The notes under the pieces: generated by a model
What the model was told of the DNA's origin: nothing
Seen by the model: the letters and a program-made list of their open reading frames with translations, nothing else
The model's database searches: none
Made by a program: the position numbers and the translations under genes
DNA from: a virus
Lineage: Duplodnaviria; Caudoviricetes
DNA: 55,961 bases
Strand: one strand, 5' to 3'
Virus record (IMG/VR): IMGVR_UViG_3300033814_000040
Location: 1-55,961 of that record
Part shown: positions 36,688 to 45,154 of the stretch, one piece after another
Position numbering within the stretch: position 1 is the first letter of the stretch
Layout of the letters: every line of letters starts with the position of its first letter

Positions 36688-38517
36688 ATGGCTGACACCG
36701 GCGTAAAAGCCCCGACGGCTGCGGAGAGCGTCGGCGAAGCCCCTTGGAACGATGCGAACTGCGGGTGGGTCAATCCGGCGAACATCTTCGGGGCCGGGGA
36801 AGCGGAAGTCACGCACGCATCGTTCGATTCCCCGGACCAGACGTACGTTCTCAAGGCGTACGGCTTCGACTTCTCCGCGATCCCCGACGGCTCCACGATC
36901 AACGGAGTCCAGGTCGTCATCAACGCGCGGTATGCCGTGGCCGCCGTCAGTCTCGATCTGTGCCAACTTCTGGACATCTCCCGTGCGAAGGTCGGGACGA
37001 ACAAGTACGCGACCCCGCAAGCCCTGACGACCTCGGCGGCGAACTACACCATCGGCGGCGCGGCGGACAAGTGGGGGAACTCGCTCACAGCCGCATGGGT
37101 GAAAGACCCCGACTTCGGTGTGGCCATCGGTGCCCTCGCGGGCGGCGCGAACTCTGACGTTTTCATCGACTCCGTCACGATGCAGGTATGGTATACGGCA
37201 CCAGCAACCTATACGAAGACGGTTTCCCTCGACGGGTATCTCCAGAAGGTTTTCACGAAAACCCCTTCTCTCGACGGGTTGCTGAACAAGGCAGGACAGA
37301 CGAAGACGCTCACCCTCGACGCGTACGTCAAGAAGACGTTCGAGAAGACGCCTTCGATCGACGCCTTCCTGACGAAGGTCGGGCTCAAGACTCCGGCGCT
37401 CGATGCCCTCCTTCAGAAGCTCGGCCTCGACGAGACGCTCTCCCTCGACGCCCTCCTCCAGAAGGTCGGCGTGGAGAAGACCGTCTCCCTGGACGCGATC
37501 CTGTACGCGGTCGTGGCATACACGATCTCCGCCACCCTCGACGGCCTACTCAGGAAGTCAGGCGCGAAGACGGTTCAGGCGGACGCGCTCCTCCAGAAGG
37601 AGCAGACGAAGACCGTCGCGGCGGACGCACTTCTCCAGAAGGAGCAGACGAAGAGCGCAGTACTCGACGCTTTCCTGTTCGCGACGATACTCAAGACCCC
37701 GGCTCTCGACGGGGTGCTCCAGAAGCTCGGGATCGAGCGGGGCTCCACGCTGGATGCTCTCCTCCTCGCGCTCGGACTTGAGAAGACGGTCAGCCTCGAC
37801 GCTCTCCTGACGAAGATGACGGAGGTCTCCCTCGGACTGGACGCCTTCCTTACGGACTCTGACGTGGAGCGATCCGTCTCCCTGGATGCCTATCTCAAGA
37901 AGACGGAGAACAAACCGGTCTCCCTCGATGGGCTACTCCTCGGGGTGGCGCTGACGAGGATTACCACGCTTGACGCGATCCTGATCGCGGCCGGGGAGAC
38001 ATCGATCTCTGCGTCGATCGACGCCGTTCTCCAGAAGTTTGGAATGACGAAATCCGCCTCGATCGACGCGTTCCTCTCCCGGGTGGCCCTGACGCTTACG
38101 ACCTCGCTGGATGCCTACCTGTCGAAGGGATACGCGAAGGAGCTGGGGCTCGATGCTCTCTTGACGAAGTCGTTTTCACAGGGATCTACGATCGACGCCT
38201 TCCTTCAGAAGCAGTACGCAAAGCAAGCGTTGATTGACGCCCTGCTCCAGAAATCTGGCGCGGCCCGTACCGTGGCGCTCGACGCGATCCTCGTTGAATA
38301 CGCGCCGTTCCTGGCCGTTCTTGTCAGTCTGGACGCGCTCCTTTACAAGGCTCGCAGCAGATCGGTCGGGCTGGATGCAATCCTTGTGATGGCCTCGCAA
38401 CTTGCTTCGCCCCGCTATACCTACAATGCCACGGCGAGGCAGAGGGAATACGATGCACGGAAAAGGAAGCGCGAATACGACGCAGCGCCCCGCAAGCGAG
38501 AGCATGACGATCAATAG
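36688..38517 (+). CDS. fibre protein: N-terminal jelly-roll domain plus about 27 tandem 14-16 aa repeats
   Basis: FDFSAIPDGSTINGVQV domain; repeat consensus (T/E)KT(V/P)SLD(A/G)(L/F/Y)LxK. Confidence 0.75.
   Translation: MADTGVKAPTAAESVGEAPWNDANCGWVNPANIFGAGEAEVTHASFDSPDQTYVLKAYGFDFSAIPDGSTINGVQVVINARYAVAAVSLDLCQLLDISRAKVGTNKYATPQALTTSAANYTIGGAADKWGNSLTAAWVKDPDFGVAIGALAGGANSDVFIDSVTMQVWYTAPATYTKTVSLDGYLQKVFTKTPSLDGLLNKAGQTKTLTLDAYVKKTFEKTPSIDAFLTKVGLKTPALDALLQKLGLDETLSLDALLQKVGVEKTVSLDAILYAVVAYTISATLDGLLRKSGAKTVQADALLQKEQTKTVAADALLQKEQTKSAVLDAFLFATILKTPALDGVLQKLGIERGSTLDALLLALGLEKTVSLDALLTKMTEVSLGLDAFLTDSDVERSVSLDAYLKKTENKPVSLDGLLLGVALTRITTLDAILIAAGETSISASIDAVLQKFGMTKSASIDAFLSRVALTLTTSLDAYLSKGYAKELGLDALLTKSFSQGSTIDAFLQKQYAKQALIDALLQKSGAARTVALDAILVEYAPFLAVLVSLDALLYKARSRSVGLDAILVMASQLASPRYTYNATARQREYDARKRKREYDAAPRKREHDDQ
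37213..38388 (+). repeat. coding tandem repeat array (about 27 units of 42-48 bp)
   Basis: Counted from the translation; near-identical adjacent 42-bp units at 37579 and 37621. Confidence 0.85.
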
Positions 38518-38526
38518 GAGGACCCC

Positions 38527-38874
38527 ATGGCCCAGGTTGTGAGACCGCCGAAACCTCCGGCCGAGAAGAGATGGCTGACGATCAACTTCGACGAGAAGGC
38601 GAAGGACGCACTCGCACCGGGAGACTCCCTGGCGAACATCCTCTCCTTCGTCTGCCGGACGACGCCCCAGGGCGACGACGTGACGAGCGAGATGGTGGAG
38701 GCGGGGACCGTGTCGATCATCGCGAACGACCTGAAGGTGACGTTCCTTACCGGAGAAGGCGTCGACAAGCAGGACTACGAGTACGAGGCGATCGTGGACA
38801 CCCTTCTCGGGGAAACGCTCACGGAATACCTGATCCTCGAGGTTCGCGGGAGGAACGTGGAACCGACTTCGTAA
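38527..38874 (+). CDS. small acidic Ig-like protein, putative fibre-tail adaptor
   Basis: KPPAEKRWLTINF...GDSL...Y......T..GET; GGAGG RBS. Confidence 0.5.
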   Translation: MAQVVRPPKPPAEKRWLTINFDEKAKDALAPGDSLANILSFVCRTTPQGDDVTSEMVEAGTVSIIANDLKVTFLTGEGVDKQDYEYEAIVDTLLGETLTEYLILEVRGRNVEPTS

Positions 38875-38899
38875 AAGCATACATTCCATAATACGAGCG

Positions 38900-38926
38900 A
38901 GGCCCCTTTCGGGGCCTTTTTTATTT
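38900..38926 (+). terminator. intrinsic terminator before the lysis cassette
   Basis: AGGCCCC-TTTC-GGGGCCT followed by TTTTTATTT. Confidence 0.75.
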
Positions 38927-38935
38927 GGAGGCGAA

Positions 38936-39505
38936 ATGCGGATCTTGATCGATCCAGGGCATGGCGGATCGGATCCAGGGGCGGTGAACGACCGGGTGAA
39001 ACTGCGGGAGTCAAACGTCGCGCTCATGTACGCGCTGATCCTCCGCCCGCACCTCGCAGACGCGGGGCACCAGGTCTCCCTCTCTCGGGAGGCCGACCAG
39101 TTCCTCTCTTTGGAGGCGCGCGTGGCGTTCGCGCACGACCGCAGGGCGCACCTGTTCCTCTCCCTGCACTGCAACGCCGCGGTCAACCAGGCGGCCTCGG
39201 GGATCGAGCTGTGGACGTCGGTGGGACAGACAGCTTCGGACGATGTCGCGACAAGTCTCTTCGGGGAGATCAAGGCAACCTTCCCCGACCGGAAGATGCG
39301 CGCGGACTGTGATGACGGCGACCCGGACAAGGAAGCGAACTTCTACGTCCTGCGCCACACGCGGATGCCTGCGGTGCTGCTGGAGCTCGAGTTCCTCTCG
39401 AACGACGCCGCGGCCATCTGGCTCCGGGACTATGCAACGGTCAACCTTTATTGTGCTGCGATCGCCCGCGGCGTGGACGCGTGGGATAAATCCTTGAGGA
39501 GGTAG
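38936..39505 (+). CDS. endolysin, N-acetylmuramoyl-L-alanine amidase (Amidase_3)
   Basis: ILIDPGHGGSDPGA, E, LSLHCNA, PAVLLELEFLSN. Confidence 0.95.
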   Translation: MRILIDPGHGGSDPGAVNDRVKLRESNVALMYALILRPHLADAGHQVSLSREADQFLSLEARVAFAHDRRAHLFLSLHCNAAVNQAASGIELWTSVGQTASDDVATSLFGEIKATFPDRKMRADCDDGDPDKEANFYVLRHTRMPAVLLELEFLSNDAAAIWLRDYATVNLYCAAIARGVDAWDKSLRR

Positions 39506-39509
39506 AAAA

Positions 39510-39902
39510 ATGTTGTGGATGCGAAGAAGTGTTGGGGTACTGATCGGGCTACTTGTTATTGGTGTGATGATGCTATCCGCTGGAAATGCCGAAGCCGCGA
39601 CACTGTCGTGGACAGCACCGACGCAGTACACGGACAACACCGTGATTCCGGCGGCGAAGATCCCGACGATTACGTACACGCCTGCATACGGCTCCTCCGC
39701 GAGCGGACCATGGACCGCGGGAACCGCCACCGCCGCGGGCGCCACAAGCGCGGTCGTTCCTGACCCAGCATCCGGCACAACGCGGTACTACACGGTACAG
39801 GCAACCCTCGATGGGCAAACGAGCGGTTATGCGACGCCTCCTGTGTCAAAGACCGCCCCATTCCTCACCCCGAAATCACCGACGGGCCTCTCGGTGAACT
39901 GA
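39510..39902 (+). CDS. secreted FN3-like protein
   Basis: Sec signal ending AEA; ATLSWTAPTQYTDNT, YYTVQA, PKSPTGLSV. Confidence 0.7.
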   Translation: MLWMRRSVGVLIGLLVIGVMMLSAGNAEAATLSWTAPTQYTDNTVIPAAKIPTITYTPAYGSSASGPWTAGTATAAGATSAVVPDPASGTTRYYTVQATLDGQTSGYATPPVSKTAPFLTPKSPTGLSVN

Positions 39903-39904
39903 CA

Positions 39905-40273
39905 TTGAAGCGGGCTGTATTTATCATCGCCTTCCTGCTCCTCGCGGTCCCGGCGTTCGCAGAGACGTTAGGCTGGAACCCCGTGACGCAGTACACGGAT
40001 GGCACGCAGATAACCGGCAAGACTGTCTACTACCAGCCTGTGTGGTCGATGACGCAGAACCTCGCCTCACCGAAGAATATGGGCGGCCAGATCACGGCCA
40101 CGATGAAGGACTTCACCCCGGTCTCCGAGGGGATGCCGGCCACAGGGTGGATATACCTGTCCTGCAAGGCCATCGTGGATGGGATGCCGTCCGATCTCGC
40201 ATCACCCCTCGCGTGGGATGTTGCAAGGAAAAAACCGGTACCGCCTGGGCAATTGAAGAAGATCGTCCGATGA
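39905..40273 (+). CDS. secreted FN3-like protein, paralog 2
   Basis: Signal ending AFA; ETLGWNPVTQYTDGT, PVPPGQL. Confidence 0.7.
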   Translation: MKRAVFIIAFLLLAVPAFAETLGWNPVTQYTDGTQITGKTVYYQPVWSMTQNLASPKNMGGQITATMKDFTPVSEGMPATGWIYLSCKAIVDGMPSDLASPLAWDVARKKPVPPGQLKKIVR

Positions 40274-40698
40274 GAAAGATGCTGGCCTGGATGATCCTTT
40301 TCCTTGTGGCCTGTTCGTCCCCGCAAAATACGGAGCCGCCGAAGGAGCAAGGGAAGGAATATCTGGCGTGGGAGCAGGAAGGAAGATACACGGACAATAC
40401 CTACATGGACGTTGCCAGAGAGGTGTTACGGTACGACGTTTACATGGACGAGGACGGCACGTTCGAGCCCTACGGGGAGTCGCATAATCTTGACCATCTG
40501 ATCGCATCGGTTGGAAAAGCGAACGACAATGAGGTCCAGGCAATGATCAAACGGGAATTCGACCTGTGGCTCTTTCGGCAGGCGGGGATCACCCCAGGCC
40601 CGTACGGGAAGTTCCTGTCGGTTCGGTGCGTGGCGATTGACAACTCCGAATCCGATCATTCGGCACCCCTGTTCTGGGAAGGGGAGGAGGCAAAATAA
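40270..40698 (+). CDS. lipoprotein, FN3-like paralog 3
   Basis: Lipobox LVA-C; YLAWEQEGRYTDNT...YDVY...SVRCVAIDNSESDHS. Confidence 0.65.
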   Translation: MRKMLAWMILFLVACSSPQNTEPPKEQGKEYLAWEQEGRYTDNTYMDVAREVLRYDVYMDEDGTFEPYGESHNLDHLIASVGKANDNEVQAMIKREFDLWLFRQAGITPGPYGKFLSVRCVAIDNSESDHSAPLFWEGEEAK

Positions 40699-40699
40699 C

Positions 40700-40990
40700 A
40701 TGCCTGACTGGAAGGGCATCGGGGCAATCCTGGCGGCCCTCGGATTCATGGTGAGCAGCACACTCGCTGTCGAGTACCGATATGCGAAGAACGACCGGCT
40801 TAAACTCGTCGAGATGCGCCTGGAGCAGAAGATCCAGCAGGATCGGTATTGGTGGCTCAAGGACAGATTGCAGCGTCTGAACCGTGCGTATCCCGACAGT
40901 CGGAGGGCCCCCACGGAGATTCGGGAGGAGTGCGGCAACCTGGAACGGGAAATCATGGAGATCGAAAAGTCGAAGGGAGAAAACCGATGA
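40700..40990 (+). CDS. single-TM plus coiled-coil protein
   Basis: GGAGG RBS; N-terminal TM segment. Confidence 0.6.
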   Translation: MPDWKGIGAILAALGFMVSSTLAVEYRYAKNDRLKLVEMRLEQKIQQDRYWWLKDRLQRLNRAYPDSRRAPTEIREECGNLEREIMEIEKSKGENR

Positions 40991-41106
40991 GCATCTTGTC
41001 GCCGATCGGATACGTCCTGTTCGGAGCCATCCTCGGGCACTTCCTCGGGGACTGGATCATCGCGAAGATCAAGGGGTGGTTCGGCCAGCCCCCGGCCTTG
41101 GGATAA
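40987..41106 (+). CDS. 39-aa membrane peptide
   Basis: ATGA overlap, GGAG RBS; MSILSPIGYVLFGAILGHFLGDW. Confidence 0.55.
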   Translation: MSILSPIGYVLFGAILGHFLGDWIIAKIKGWFGQPPALG

Positions 41107-41110
41107 TGAA

Positions 41111-41425
41111 ATGGATGAGTGGGGGTTCTTCTCAACCGCACAGCAATTCATCGACCCGGTGGCAGTGATCTTCGCCATCACAGCCTGCTGGCTCATCAAG
41201 CAAATTTTCTTCCAGGAGGCGGGGCAGGCGTCGGGGTTCATGCGCCCGGGGGAAATATGGACCCGCATCTTCCCGGCCATGCCGATTCTCTTGGCCGTCC
41301 TGTACGTCGTCGTGACCGGATACAAAAGCTACACGGGAAACGTCCTTGCGAGCAAGGGGATCGTCTCGGGCGCCGTGGCCGGGTATTTGAACCGTGCATG
41401 GAAGGTGGTTGTGCTTGGCCAATAA
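41111..41425 (+). CDS. holin candidate (2-3 TM)
   Basis: Hydrophobic segments; in the lysis cassette. Confidence 0.6.
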   Translation: MDEWGFFSTAQQFIDPVAVIFAITACWLIKQIFFQEAGQASGFMRPGEIWTRIFPAMPILLAVLYVVVTGYKSYTGNVLASKGIVSGAVAGYLNRAWKVVVLGQ

Positions 41426-41556
41426 CCACAGGCGGGTTCGGATTTCCGCTTGTCCGACGTGCGGGAAGCTTGTCCTCCATCCCTGTATGGCGGATGGGGA
41501 TCAGGGGTGCAAGGAAACTTCCTGTCCGGTCTATTTCAGGAAGGGAGGAAAATGTA

Positions 41557-41952
41557 GTGGAAATCGTGGAGAGCGTAAAAAGAAAGATCGCCGACCACTG
41601 GAATAAGAACTGGTTCGCGATTCTCGTCGTGGCGATCCTCGTCGCCGTGGTCTTCTCAGGATACCTGGGCGCACAACATGCGCAGAAGATGGCGGACAAA
41701 TATTACCAGCGGATCGACGCGCTGGAAAAACAGGTCAACGAAAAGCTGGCGGCGATCGAGGCCGGGGACAAGGAGGCGGCCCGGCAACGTGCCGAGCTCG
41801 AGAAGCGGATCGCTGTATCGAATGCGAAGTGGGACTCTGCCATCAAGAAATATGCGGAAGTGAGAGGGAAAGTGTATCCCACAAAGCCGAAGGACGACAA
41901 GGAGCTTCTGACCAGATTCTCCGCGGCTGGCTACAAGGCGGTCCTCCGATGA
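41557..41952 (+). CDS. i-spanin-like protein
   Basis: GGAGG RBS; N-terminal TM (WFAILVVAILVAVVFSGYLG) then a coiled coil. Confidence 0.6.
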   Translation: MEIVESVKRKIADHWNKNWFAILVVAILVAVVFSGYLGAQHAQKMADKYYQRIDALEKQVNEKLAAIEAGDKEAARQRAELEKRIAVSNAKWDSAIKKYAEVRGKVYPTKPKDDKELLTRFSAAGYKAVLR

Positions 41953-42404
41953 GAAGATTGCTCGTATTTACCCTATGCGGGGCGATCGTCCTTGCCTGCC
42001 CTTCATCCCAGGGAGGAGATCGCCTCTCCTGGGCGGCGGAGGATTCGGGGGCGGCCGTAAAAAGGGAGCTGGTAATCCCCTACGACCAGGCGGAGAAATT
42101 GCTCGAGGACCTGGAAAGGGGGAAAATGGATGGGGAGAGGGCCGCTGCCTGCGAGGATGCGCTCAACCGCGGGATCGTCCTGGTCGAGGACTGCAAGGCG
42201 GCGAAGGGACTCCTCGAGAAGCGTGTCGACGTCCTGACGAAGGACCGGGATGAGGCCCTTGCGATGGCGAAAGAGGCAACGGAAACCGGGAAGAAGATCG
42301 GGAAGGTCCCTTGGTACAAACGTATGTGGGATGCCGGGAAATGGTTCCTGATCGGGTCGGCGGTCGGGTTCATTGCCGGAGCCGCTATGGGGGTTGGAAG
42401 GTGA
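41949..42404 (+). CDS. spanin-like protein with possible lipobox and C-terminal TM
   Basis: MRRLLVFTLCGAIVLA-C; coiled coil; WFLIGSAVGFIAGAAMG at the C-terminus. Confidence 0.55.
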   Translation: MRRLLVFTLCGAIVLACPSSQGGDRLSWAAEDSGAAVKRELVIPYDQAEKLLEDLERGKMDGERAAACEDALNRGIVLVEDCKAAKGLLEKRVDVLTKDRDEALAMAKEATETGKKIGKVPWYKRMWDAGKWFLIGSAVGFIAGAAMGVGR

Positions 42405-42721
42405 TAACGGTGACGGAGTTCTTCTACCACTTCGGCCCGCCCATGGTCGTCGCCGGGCTGACGATCTGGCTAGGCCGCAGGTTCAAGCAGGGCGACGACA
42501 AGAGGGAAAAAGACCGCCTCCTCACGGAGCAGAAGCGCATAGAGGAGAAGACCGACCAAGAGATCTTCCGACGCCAGGTGGTCGGCGGCCTCAAGGTGAT
42601 CCGCAAGCAGAACCACTGGATGAGCAGGAAGTTCGTCGAGCTGGTGACGATCCACAACACCAAGCACCACAGCGAGGCGGTTTCGCTTGAGGGATACCCG
42701 AACGACGTGATCGAGGATTAG
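42401..42721 (+). CDS. single-TM coiled-coil protein (holin/antiholin-like)
   Basis: GTGA overlap; FGPPMVVAGLTIWLG TM segment. Confidence 0.5.
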   Translation: MITVTEFFYHFGPPMVVAGLTIWLGRRFKQGDDKREKDRLLTEQKRIEEKTDQEIFRRQVVGGLKVIRKQNHWMSRKFVELVTIHNTKHHSEAVSLEGYPNDVIED

Positions 42722-42723
42722 AG

Positions 42724-43056
42724 ATGACCCGCGAGTGGAGGATTCTGACCGATGATGAAGGGCACACCATTTCCATCCGTGGACCGGACGGGAAGGAGCA
42801 CTCCTTCTCCGGGTTCATCCTGTTCGCTGGCGATGCTTTCGCCGGGGCAGATTACCAAGCGGCGCATGGGGCGTCGGCGGATGCGGCGTTCGCCTTCGTC
42901 CAGGGATACGATAAGCCAGCCCTCGCGGCGTTCTACAAATCCTGCGCGTTGCAATTCATGAAGGTGCTCTCCCCCGAGGTGTTCCGGCAGGAGGTGGACG
43001 CGGAAGAAACGCTTGCCCGATGGGAACGGGAGGACAGCCGGAAGAAGGTGATGTGA
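42724..43056 (+). CDS. hypothetical protein
   Basis: GAGG RBS; last gene before attP. Confidence 0.6.
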   Translation: MTREWRILTDDEGHTISIRGPDGKEHSFSGFILFAGDAFAGADYQAAHGASADAAFAFVQGYDKPALAAFYKSCALQFMKVLSPEVFRQEVDAEETLARWEREDSRKKVM

Positions 43057-43195
43057 AAGATGGCCGCCACGACGAATGCCTATGCCGCTCGCGCGGGGGT
43101 AGGCCGCCCTTGCGATATCTGGCTCCCCGGCGAGGCCGTAGAGGGGGGGCTGCCGGGATGCCCGATAATCGCCCGAGGATGCCCCAGGGGCGATC

Positions 43196-43435
43196 GTGTC
43201 ATTTTTGTGTCATTTCCCGGGCACATTTCCGGGGTAAACCGGGGTAAATCGGGGAACGACGGGGAATCGGGGAGACACCCGCCAAGGGCGTAAATACGCC
43301 GTTTACTCGCCAAGTTATTGATTTTTAAAGTGGAGCCGACGCGGAGACTCGAACTCCGAACCTGCTGATTACGAATCAGAAAACCTACCAAGCCGGTGGC
43401 GGTCTGGCGGGCCTTGTGTCATTTCTGTGTCATCC
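43196..43435. mobile_element. attP region with arm-type, Xis-like and IHF sites
   Basis: (T)GTGTCAT pairs at 11-bp period on both sides of the core (43196/43207 and 43415/43426); CGGGG(T/A)A repeats at 10-bp period 43229-43268; IHF consensus AATCAATAACTTG on the minus strand at 43311-43323. Confidence 0.8.
43331..43379 (-). other. att core: 3' half of tRNA-Thr(CGT)
   Basis: Minus strand CTGA-TTCGTAA-TCAG anticodon arm, CGGAG-TTCGAGT-CTCCG T-arm, ends CCA; the 5' half is absent. Confidence 0.9.
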
Positions 43436-44494
43436 TGCCTTGAATTTCCTCGCCTTTTTCCGATCCTCCCGCTCGATCCTTCCCAAGGCATCCCGGAGCT
43501 GCTCGGCGGTGACGTGCGTGTAGTGGAGCGCCATCTCGACCGTCGAGTGTCCGAGCATGGCCATCCTACCCTGCAGGTCGACCCCTTGCATCGCAAGCTG
43601 GCTTTCCGTCGTGTGACGCAGCGTGTGGGGCGTCACGTCCGGAATCTTCGCCTTCCTGGCCACCTCCTTGAACATCCGGGTGATCGTGTTGGGATCCCGC
43701 CACCTGGGGAAAATATAGGCGTCGGGCTTCCCTGTGCTCCCCAGGAGGGTCCGGGAGCTCGGGGTTATGGGGACGGATCGATGCTTGTCCCCCTTCCCGT
43801 GGACGTGGATCTCCGCCTCGAGGACGTCCTTCCATTTCAGGCGGACGAGCTCGATCCGGCGCAGCCCCGTGGCAAGTAGGAATTCGATGACCGGCCTGAA
43901 CCCCCGGAACCTGGGTTCTTCTTTCGCCAGTCCGTCGCAGGCGAAAAGGAGCGCGGCGCGAACCTTCCCGACGACCAGGCGCGGAGCCCGGCCCGGCAGC
44001 CGTCGGAGCTTGATCTTTCGGAAGGGGTTCTCCTTGAGGATTCCCCATTCGATCGCCTCGTTGAAAGCAGCCCGCAGGTGCCTCCCTATGGAAGAAACTG
44101 AATTCGGCTTGAGCCCCTCCCCGGAAAGGGCCGAGAGAAACTGAGCAATATCCTCCCGAGAAACGGAGGAAAGGAGCCGATCGCCGGCGAACCAGATCAG
44201 CTTCGAGAAGGCGAACCGATCCGCCCGCAAGGTATCCTTCGCCCGGCCGCCGCGGGCCCCGATGTACCGATCGCGGAATTCGGAGAGCGTGACGCGGGAT
44301 GCTCCTTCAATGCTGGCCAGCTGCTCCTCGAGGGAGAGCTTTTCAAATTCCCGGTAAAGTTTCTGTGCGAAATCGGGGTCTTTCGTGCCGAGGGATTTCC
44401 GCCTCTGGCCGTGGCGGATATGGAAATAGCCGTCGCGGGGATTCTTCCACAGTTTCACGGGGAACAGATTACTTACGAAGACGTCGGACTGCAA
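43430..44494 (-). CDS. int: tyrosine integrase
   Basis: TGLRRIEL, GKGDK, HTLRH, LGH, Y catalytic set; adjacent to attP; start codon uncertain. Confidence 0.95.
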   Translation of the reverse strand: MQSDVFVSNLFPVKLWKNPRDGYFHIRHGQRRKSLGTKDPDFAQKLYREFEKLSLEEQLASIEGASRVTLSEFRDRYIGARGGRAKDTLRADRFAFSKLIWFAGDRLLSSVSREDIAQFLSALSGEGLKPNSVSSIGRHLRAAFNEAIEWGILKENPFRKIKLRRLPGRAPRLVVGKVRAALLFACDGLAKEEPRFRGFRPVIEFLLATGLRRIELVRLKWKDVLEAEIHVHGKGDKHRSVPITPSSRTLLGSTGKPDAYIFPRWRDPNTITRMFKEVARKAKIPDVTPHTLRHTTESQLAMQGVDLQGRMAMLGHSTVEMALHYTHVTAEQLRDALGRIEREDRKKARKFKAG

Positions 44495-44693
44495 CCCGAA
44501 TTTGATCCCGGTCGGAATTCATGAGGGCGTTGATGCTGTCGGCGTCGACCCGCCATTCCTTCCCGATCTTTTTCCCATAGATTTCGCCGCGCGCCAGAAG
44601 GTTCCGAACCTTGTCGTCTCCCATCTTTAGGGCAGCCTTTGTCTCCTCGAAGGTGAGCCAGCGGGAGGCGATGCGGACGGCGGAAGAACTCAT
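44469..44693 (-). CDS. xis: excisionase (HTH_17/MerR-like)
   Basis: WLTFEETKAALK...LLARGEI.GKKIGKEWRV; directly upstream of int. Confidence 0.8.
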   Translation of the reverse strand: MSSSAVRIASRWLTFEETKAALKMGDDKVRNLLARGEIYGKKIGKEWRVDADSINALMNSDRDQIRVAVRRLRK

Positions 44694-45154
44694 TCCTTCC
44701 CCTTGAGGGCCTTCATCTCGAACCCGCGTTCGGCGATTACCTGGTACACACTCCTCCCGGGTGCAACGGAGACGAATGGCAGGAAGATCTCCTCCGGGCA
44801 CACCATGCCGAGGTCGACCAGGGCCATCTGAGCCTTGACCCAAGCGGAAAGCTGCCGCCAGCAGATGCGGTACGCGGCCTCGTCGAGCCGACCGTCCTGC
44901 TTCCACTGGTCCCGCTGTCGCGGCCCGAGATCCCGGTAGATCCGATTTTTCATAGCCTCGACCCGGGCGGGGAGTTCGACCGGAACCTGTTTGCCGTCCG
45001 GCAGTGTGATCAGGAAGGCGAGGCCTCGGAGAAGCCCATTGGAATCGAAGTCCTGCCGGACTTGCGTGGCGCCGCGGCTGGCGATCTCGGAGATGATCTC
45101 GGAGACGGAGCGCTCGGCCTTGACGCTGGTGTGCTGAAGGTAGATTTTCGTCAT
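44690..45154 (-). CDS. conserved hypothetical phage protein
   Basis: TSV...S..EI, RICWRQL..WVKAQMALV...EEIFLP. Confidence 0.7.
   Translation of the reverse strand: MTKIYLQHTSVKAERSVSEIISEIASRGATQVRQDFDSNGLLRGLAFLITLPDGKQVPVELPARVEAMKNRIYRDLGPRQRDQWKQDGRLDEAAYRICWRQLSAWVKAQMALVDLGMVCPEEIFLPFVSVAPGRSVYQVIAERGFEMKALKGKE

Noticed and set aside
43196-43272. Short repeats as a mini CRISPR array
   Set aside because: The 10-11 bp period has no spacers; better explained as Int and Xis binding sites. The Cas4-like gene sits in a recombination context.
43287-43300. GGCGTAAATACGCC palindrome near attP sharing half-sites with the PL operators
   Set aside because: The half-sites are in reversed orientation and spacing relative to the operators; insufficient evidence for a CI site.
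43331-43379. Functional tRNA gene
   Set aside because: The 5' acceptor strand and D-arm are missing; it is an att core.
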